Of a stretch of DNA of 64,000 nucleotides, positions 55,556 to 64,000 are shown one piece after another. Source of the stretch: Octopus vulgaris (Eukaryota); NCBI GenBank assembly GCA_951406725.2, contig OX597820.1, forward strand, positions 51,646,001 through 51,710,000, in the 5' to 3' direction. A program made the position numbers and the translations under genes. Every line of letters begins with the position of its first letter. The first letter of the stretch is position 1. Under the pieces are notes generated by a model. The model was not told where the DNA came from and made no database searches. It saw only the letters and a list, made by a program, of their open reading frames with translations.

Positions 55556-56599
55556 AACGATATTTTGAACATGTCTAAAAATACATAGTGTTAGTCAAAT
55601 ACTTTCTGTCCAGCACATATCCATGCAGATGTCACCCTTATTTCGTTACTTTTCTACAAGCTGTATGATCTAATTTAGTTTTGATTAAACAGTGAGATTT
55701 ACTGCAACCAAATGCCATTCGGATACTAAATAATTTGTCTGCTTTTCAGGCATGGTGTACTTTGGGGAGTAAACTTCAAAGAGGAAATTTTGCGAGGCTT
55801 AATTTTGTAATCCAAATGATGTTTACTATTACTTCTAGGCACCGCCAACATCTGCTATATAGATATCTAACACCTTTTAGTTAACCAAATATCATATGTA
55901 ACTTACATTCTTATTTTTTGTAGTCTTATACACCTTATATATAAGAGAATATCGCTAAAGATTTCACATATATGTGTTTGGGGATTTTAGTAAATTCTCA
56001 ATTGCTAACATGTTCCTAATAAAACTCATCTTTCGAGATAAAATATTCTCTAATATGCAATATCTAGCAGAAATCTCTTTTGCATACATGGAATACAATT
56101 TTACCAGAACAACGTTTCCTAAACATATTGCACTTATTTTCGTAACAGCAGATAGTCGTGGACAGGATTAAGTTGTATAGTATAATTAGCGAAACCGTAA
56201 CAGTGCCTTAAATGCCGTCAGAAAAATTACAAGTAATGAATTTTTGTAATCCATTGGGTTACAACATTGTAATTATTACAGCAAATATAGGAATTGTTAC
56301 CACTAGCAGCTACATGCTTGAACGTCGAATATTTCAGTAGCGAAGACGTCAATGCATTTGAAAAACTAAAGATGGTAAAATCTCGAAGAACACGTATACT
56401 CTTTGACGTCACAATACATAATTCTTAGTACTACTGTGATAAGTGAGCACTAATTTCTACAATAATATATTTTTTCTCTTTATTTGTTTTAGTCTGTTTC
56501 TAGTGGTTGATGTCCAATTTTCATTAGGCCGATCATTTTCTTTACAATTTCTTTACTTTCGATTTTTTGCGACTTGTTTGGCATGGAGGAGATGCTTGT

Positions 56600-58000
56600 A
56601 AACACTCACAGTGATACGGAAACGGTGAGTTGAGAGGATTAACAACTTCAGATTTACGGCAAAGGGAAAATATGGACTAAAATCCAGTGACTGACGTTCC
56701 GGGAGTGTGACTGAATAATTCATATGTGCAGATCCTGGAGAGAAGTAGATTATGAGTGTGGTCAAAATATCGGGAGTATAGTTGTTATATTTACACTCAT
56801 GTCTACTAAGAACTGTCTAAAACGGTTATTCCCTCAGTTTATAATTATGAAAAATAGTTTTCTTTCGTAGGTAGCTGTATGAATCTAGATTTAGCAATGG
56901 TTTGCTGAATAAGTTCCCAGTAGATACCTATATTCGGCTTATTGGACTTTTAATTCTTCAAACCATAGCTTCTATCAGGAAGGGAAATACAGTTTTAGAA
57001 ACACACATGTTCAGCAATTCTGACATCAATATTTCTTTTATTGGTAATGCTTTCTGCGTGTCTGCATTATGAAACTTAGGATTCCCAACGTCTTTTTGTA
57101 TAAGACCCTCTAAAAACGGATGTTATATTAAGGATGGAATTCTTGTTTTGTACCAATTCATGTATCGAGTAGCCTTTGATAATCTTGTGCATGTTCATTA
57201 TCAACCAAATCTCTGATGTCATATGCCTACTGAATTCTGAAAAGTGATCTCAAAGTCACTAGTAGCAGGTTAAAATATAGTATAACTTGAAATATTCTCC
57301 ACACTGAACTTTAGAGTGTACTGGATCATATTGATACGCTGGATACCTGTTATTTACGAATGTACTTTTTATATGCACATAAAATTTGACACATTTTTCT
57401 TTATCCACTGCTATAGATACATGATCATTCTTTCCTGAGTGGACGGTTTGGCGCATACCAAAAAATTTCGGTACCGATTCAATTTTTATACCTTCTAATT
57501 CGAACAAATGCTCCTGCCCTTATCCCCAAGGCAACGACACAGTCATTCACTTGGACATCAAATTCATAGACGTGTACTCGCGGAACTTTATATGCTTCTG
57601 AGTACTAGAAGTGGATAATCTGGGAAACGTCATGAGCAGTTTTCGGCACCATATATATAGAAATTATTATTTTGTGTATTCACGAACATTGTCAATAATT
57701 TACTTATGTCCTTATGGATTAAATTATGCTTAGTAGTCTGTAATTTCGGGATATCCAGTGACTCTAATCTTGGTATTATGAAGGAACAACTGAAGGGCGT
57801 ATTTCCATCCCTCCAAATTTTTCCATACTTTGTTGAATTGAGATTGCTGCTAAGAAATATCATCTGCTTAGGAATGTTGGAGGCTTTAAATTATAGACAA
57901 TAATCAGTGTAAATGCACAGTCCTTATGATAATATATCAGTGACATGGTAGATGGCACCTGATTTCCATATTGACGCTAAAATCGAGATTGGCATACTCG
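56600..58000 (-). pseudogene. Probable decayed intronless nuclease (NERD-like) plus SF1 helicase gene
   Basis: Collinear degenerate motifs across stops and frameshifts: GQEHL..KFLVCAKPS/SGK (Q motif, Walker A, ~57430-57520), YDIRDLVDNEHAQD (Walker B, ~57180-57225), ITNKRNIDVRIAE (motif IV, ~57010-57050), SHSRNVSHWILV (motif VI-like, ~56670-56715). Confidence 0.4.
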
Positions 58001-58752
58001 ATTTCAGGTATTTTCCAGGGATGTGGATGTGGAGTTTGTGAGTTATAATTCAACGGTTTCTTTAATCTCTTGAATCGTGTCAATTATTACGGGAATGATT
58101 CTTTAATATTTTAACATTCATTAAGTACCTCTAACAACGGACATATCGATGTCAGCACCACTGTTGTAACTTATTACATTGATGCATAGACTTGATATTG
58201 CAATGTACATTGAAAGTACTTGTCTGTGATTTATAAGTTAAGCTGTTATAAGATGTGCTACTTTCCAAAACTTTTTGTATTGCTTCTTTTGAAGAAGTAT
58301 GTGTTGCGATTCGTCGTAGCATTTTCTGTTGTGAGATGAACCCATATATTTAAATTATATTGAACACTATATTTTTTGTTCTCCCGTCACATTTCATGGT
58401 AGCTAATGTCAAAACTACTAATATAATACGTTTTACATTTACTATAAAAATACATTGAATGTATACGTTTGTATAATATCTTAAGATATAGTAGAAGAAT
58501 AAATTTTCTCAATGCTTATAATAATTATTTGTACTTTTGCTGCCACTGTGTTTCGATTTCAGAAAGTACATGGAGATTTTTCTCACTAATTCCAGTTTTC
58601 TCCAAATGAATGTTTGTACACGCCCAGAGAACCGCACACACACGCACCAGCACCAGCACCATAAACAACAACAACAACAACAGCAACACATACATACATA
58701 CACAAAATGTTATATATGTATATATAAATAAAGAAATGATAAACATATATAT

Positions 58753-58787
<35 letters not shown>

Positions 58788-59704
58788 CATACACACACAG
58801 ATATATGTATATGTTTATGTGAGTTCGTTAGGGTTTTCGTTGTGAGTGGGTTCGTGTTTGTGTACGTGTATCCATATGGGCTCCAACATATATAAATACA
58901 TGACTCATTAATGTTGCTTATCATTTTATCTGTTGTAAACGTATTCCCATTTCGACGGGAGATTTTGTACTTTAATGATGATTGATTTACCACATTTGTT
59001 AAGATGCCAGGGAGGAACGGTTACGTATCAGGCATTACTATCATTTGCTACGGAAGCGACTGACATTGATGACTTCCTTCTTGAAAATGCTTCTCCTGCT
59101 TAAATGTTTTCTACTACCGTTTCCTCTCAAAATACACATACGATGTGTATTATATTTATCGTATATTATGCCATATTTATAGGGATATTCTGGGTGTAAC
59201 ACATTTCAATCCAATAACATACATTTGCAAGCAATGATTTTTCTTTTTTGTCGACGAATTATTTTATCGTTTTCTTTTTTACTTCCGATCTTTATATGTG
59301 ATTTTGAAATGTACTCCATCAATTACTATTTTGATTCGTTACTTAATAATGTTCAGTTTCCAAACAAAACTGTTTCCAAACAAAAAATTATTCTCCATAA
59401 ATACCCGCTCATGCATTTCAAAATTATATAACATAATTAGCGTTCACATAATTTTGGTATGGAATGCTTACAGTTTTTCAGGACAAAATAATGTATAATA
59501 ACTGAATCTGTCCATGGTAGACCAATGATCTTATGAAAATATACGGATTTCTGGCGAGTTCAAATGCTTTGGATATGTCCACGAAACAGTCACATTTAAC
59601 TGATTTGAAGTACAATTAAAAGAGAGGAATATGTAGGCAAACTTAAAATAATTCTACTTCTCATTGCGTTACTTCGCTCGTCGGTAACGCTTTCAGGTGA
59701 TTGC

Positions 59705-60200
59705 AGAAGAAGAGGAGAAAGAAAAGTTGAGAGAAAAAGGAGGGAGAAAAAGAGGGTCAGAGTATCATCCATGACGTGAGGTGGAGGGAACGTACTTGTA
59801 ACACTTTCACGTGATTAGTTAAAGGAAAAGAGGGGGGAAACAAGAAGGAAAGAGAAAACGAGGATAAGACGAAGAGTTAGACAGAAAGAGGGTGAAAGGG
59901 AAAGAGAGAAGCGTCCATGTCGTTAAGTAGGAGGAACATAATATTTATTACGAGGTTACAAAATTTAGTTGAAGGTAGAAATGAGTGTTAAAAATATAAT
60001 CTTAGCTAGAGGGGTGATTTTCTACTGGTGAGGTTAAAGAAGACAAAGAGAAAGGAGAGTGAGGAGGAAAAATTGAGAGAGGAGGGAGAGAGGGAGCAGA
60101 GAGAGAGAGAGTGAAAGATGATGATGAAGGTAGTGGTGGTGGTGGTAGTGGTAGTGTTGGTGGTATTGGTGGTGGTATTGGAGGTGTAGTAGATTTTGGT
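59705..60200. repeat. Purine-rich GA low-complexity tract ending in (GGT)n
   Basis: Direct reading. Confidence 0.8.
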
Positions 60201-61539
60201 AGTGGCGTTGGTGACTGGATACTGAAAAGTGTATGTTTTATAACTGATCTAAATTTTTTATAGTAACTATCTCTTCATGCATGCACATAAGTGCAATTCT
60301 GTGAACTATTCAAGCTTGTTTAGGTTACATTATACAATGTAACGAAAAGCTGTTTCATATGTACAGGAAGTTTTGTTTTGCAGAAAGAATGGAAAAATAA
60401 GAGTAAACATTTATTTTATCAGCAGTGTTTATTAAGTCTATAAAATTGTGCATAACGTATATAAAGTGTACACATAAAATGCATTAAATAATTATCGTAT
60501 TCCAATTTCTTTCAATTTTCAATGAGTAGCAGATGAGCGACTATCGTTCCATACAGACAGAATACAGGTTACGCTTTCAGATTTTTTGGATAGAGTTTTC
60601 AGAAATATACCCAATAGGTTTACCATTAATTCCCTGAAATATTTACGGGTCGCGCTAATATCTCATAAAAATATTGTGGTTCATATTTATTTGGTACGTG
60701 GTGTTATAACACATTTAGTATTAGATTACATAATAACGCCCAGCAAATTCCTCGTAGCAGTGTAAACTTGAGTGCCCATTGATGTTATCAAATTTATGAA
60801 TATCCGAAATGCTAGCGCCTATCATGCGTGCCTAAGTTAAATGACCCCATGTATCAATAATTCTCACTTTATGCTCTATCATCTCATTAATTAGAATTGG
60901 TCAATTGTTCCACAGTATTAGTAGAAGAGATAAATTATGGATATCAGTCAAATTCTAAAATTTGGATGGCCTGCACACATAATAGATAAAGAACGCCGAA
61001 TTAAAAGCAGCCAGGTTTTCACATGTTATATCAGTTAGATTCAGAATGAATAACTTTGATCAAAGCTGCTTGCAGAATAACAAATGCAAAATTAGGTATC
61101 CTTTATAGTTTCAAAACATCAGTCTACTCAAATGTATACTGTACTCCATATATTGCTTAAAATGGATTTCACGACCTAACGATTATCTGGTAGCATATAA
61201 CAATATTTTATTTAGTTGTTTCCCTTGCGACAGATAAAAACCAATGAAAAGGATTTGAGTGTAAAATCTTTACATATGTTGCGAAATTATATTTATGCAT
61301 TTTAATTCTGAGGTGTAGTAGAAGGCATTTACAAAAACTGTAAAGAATTATCGTAATATACTATATTGAAACGATTTTAATCGACATTTTCTTAGAGATA
61401 TCTTAACCTTCTTATGAAGATATTTACTTGCTTAAGAGATAATGAGAAGTGACACAATATGCTTACTATCATAATTCAATTATATCATCATCATCGAGCA
61501 GAGAGAAAGGAAAAACAAAGGGAGATGTACAGAAAGGAC

Positions 61540-62360
61540 ATAAAGAAAAATTACGCAAGAAATTACTACAAAATCAAGTTCAGATAGCCACAACAGAAGT
61601 TGCCGGAAAAATAGATGGGATTGGCTGATGAGAGGAAGCTTACAAAAGAGCACTATACTGGAAGGACCCAACCAAGCTTTGGTCACGACCTGGATTGTCT
61701 ACCATAGGAATGAGACAGTGTCTCTGCTGTGACGCATTTGCAATAGAGTTTTTGAATCCATTGCCCATATTGCGAACCAATGACCTAGACTTGCTGAAAA
61801 CCAATAAAAGGTGTGGCGACACGACCTGATAGGAAAGTGCTACATTGGAAACTGTGCGAAAAGTAGGGGCCAGAGAGAGGCAAGCCGTGATATGAGCACA
61901 AACCACAGAGAGTGCCAGAGTCGGAGACTAGCAAAATCCTCTGGGATTTCCCAATCCAAACAGACCAGGTGATAGAGCATAACAAACCGGACCTATTGGT
62001 AGTGTTCATGTTGCGCTACACATGCTATATAGTTCATGATGCAAGCACATTTGATCCACGAATAGTCTAGGAGGAAGACGAAAAGATAGATAGACACAAC
62101 CCACTTCAGTATGAAATAGTTTGGCAATGGAAAATGAAGAAGGTGAAGATAGTTCCAAGTATTGGTTGGTCCTTGGGGAGAGTATCAGAAGGAATCACGA
62201 GCAATGTCAAGGAAATTGGAATAGAGTGCTCAGTAGAACTGTTACAAAAGTTTTGTCTCCTTGGCAGGACCAAAATAGTCAGAAAAGGATAGCTGAAAAG
62301 AGTAAGTAGCATGATGCTGTAGGCTGCGGGTAGTAAAAAAACACAACTTGTGATGAAGAG
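61540..62360 (+). mobile_element. Decayed R4/Dong-type LINE 3' fragment
   Basis: RWDWLMRGSL, HWKLCEK, YEHKPQRV..SKILWDFPIQTDQVIEHNKPDLLV. It ends at (TAA)n. Confidence 0.85.

Positions 62361-62448
<88 letters not shown>
62361..62448. repeat. (TAA)n microsatellite
   Basis: Direct reading. Confidence 0.98.
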
Positions 62449-62449
<1 letters not shown>

Positions 62450-64000
62450 TAACAAAGCCATTAACAAAGTAGCACCCACAATCATAAAATTCATAGAGCA
62501 CTCTATGAATAAATGGCAAACAAAAAAGGGACTCATGAAAACCATAGACATCCTCATTAGAAGAGGAATATTCCAGGGAGACACGCTCTCTCCATTCCTT
62601 TTCTGCTTGGCACTGTCACCTCTATCTGATATGCTAAATAGAACTGGATGCGGATATAAATGTTACGGCAAAACGATCAGCCACCTTTTATATATGGATG
62701 ACCTAAAACTATACGCTGCAAATGACAAACAGCTGGAAACACTATTAAAGACAGTTCATGGATTTACCAAAGAAATAGATATGAAATTTGGATTAGAAAA
62801 ATGCGCCAAAGTAACCATGAAAAGAGGAAAACTAGTTAAGAGTAACAACATCACACTAGATAAAACCAATGAAATAAAAGAATTAGACCAAAGCCAAACT
62901 TACAAATACTTAGGAATCCATGAACTAGATAAGACACAACACACACAAATGAAAGAGAAAATAAAAAAAGAATATTATAGACGAGTTATATCAATACTAA
63001 AAACAGAGCTCAATGCTAAAAACAAGATAATAGGTATCAACACTTTAGCTGCCCCAGTTATAAGTTACAGCTACAATATCCTTAACTGGACACGAAATGA
63101 ACTGTCCAAAATATATAGGAAAACAAGAAAAATACTAACAGGATCTAGGATGCATCACCCAAAATCTGACATAGAAAGACTATATATACAACGTATAAAA
63201 GGTGGTAGAGGCCTTATACAGCTGGAAATCTACTATAAAATAACCACCATAGGACTGCAAAAATACCTACTTCAGAAGGAAGGAAAACTGATCCAGATAG
63301 CAGCAAAACACGAGCAAAACAAAAAACTGTTCTCAGTATTTAAGGAAGCTGACAAATACAAACAAGAAATCATACCACCTAATAAACACAAAGAAGAAGA
63401 AGAAGATGATGAAGAAACAACAAAAGCTATAAAACAAATGAAATCCAAACTAAAAATAGAACAGCAACGAGCCATGATAAAACGATGGCAAGAAAAGCCC
63501 CTTCATGGTAAATACTGCACTAAACTAAATGCAAAAGAAATAGACAAAGAAAAATCCCAGCAATGGTTGAGAAGCTCAGGACTCAAAGCAGAAACAGAGG
63601 GATTTTTAATTGCAGCACAAGACCAAAGCCTCCCCACCAGAAATTACCAAAAACATGTAATGAAAAGAAATATTACAAGTAACTGCAGAATATGTGGAGA
63701 TGGACAAGAAACAATAAATCATATTATCTCTAGCTGCCCAGTCGTGGCTAAGAAGGAATATATTCACAGACATGACAGAGTTGGAACCTACATACATTGG
63801 AAGCTATGCCAACATTATGGAATAACAACAGAAAAAAGATGGTATAGGCACACACCAGAAAAGGTCACAGAAAACGAGAAAGCAACCATACTCTGGGATA
63901 TGCCGATACACACAGATAGAGAAATTAAGGCCAACAGACCAGATATAGTTGTCAGAGATCATGAAGAAAAAAAAAGCTTTCTAATTGATGTATCAATACC
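62449..64000 (+). mobile_element. Young 5'-truncated R4/Dong-type LINE with an uninterrupted reading frame (RT C-half, CCHC, RLE) running off the window
   Basis: Manual translation with no stops: RGIFQGDTLSPFLFCLAL, HLLYMDDLKLY, FGLEKCAK, YKYLGI, HHPKSDIERLY..GGRGL, IAAQDQSL, CRICGDGQETINHIISSC, RHDRV, ILWD, RPDIVV, LIDVSI. It is absent from the ORF track, probably because no stop falls inside the window. Confidence 0.96.

Overview
AT-rich, repeat-saturated eukaryotic non-genic (intergenic or intronic) DNA. The SINE, microsatellite and LINE content looks like an octopus/cephalopod genome, which is an inference. I found no intact host gene, and most ORF-track entries are translations of (TA)n, (CA)n or (TAA)n microsatellites. 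The window contains three mariner transposons (one full-length with TIRs), several Penelope-like element (PLE) remnants of different clades, many R4/Dong-type RLE LINEs sitting in (TAA)n tracts (one young open copy runs off the right edge), RTE and CR1-like LINE fragments, two SINE families, two 5S rRNA pseudogenes and a probable decayed nuclease-SF1 helicase gene. Two observations stand out. (1) Four unrelated long inverted-repeat modules plus two PLE flanks each carry a type I hammerhead-ribozyme motif, always pointing outward in the palindromes. (2) Two copies of a 5S rRNA-spacer-tRNA-SINE composite are present.
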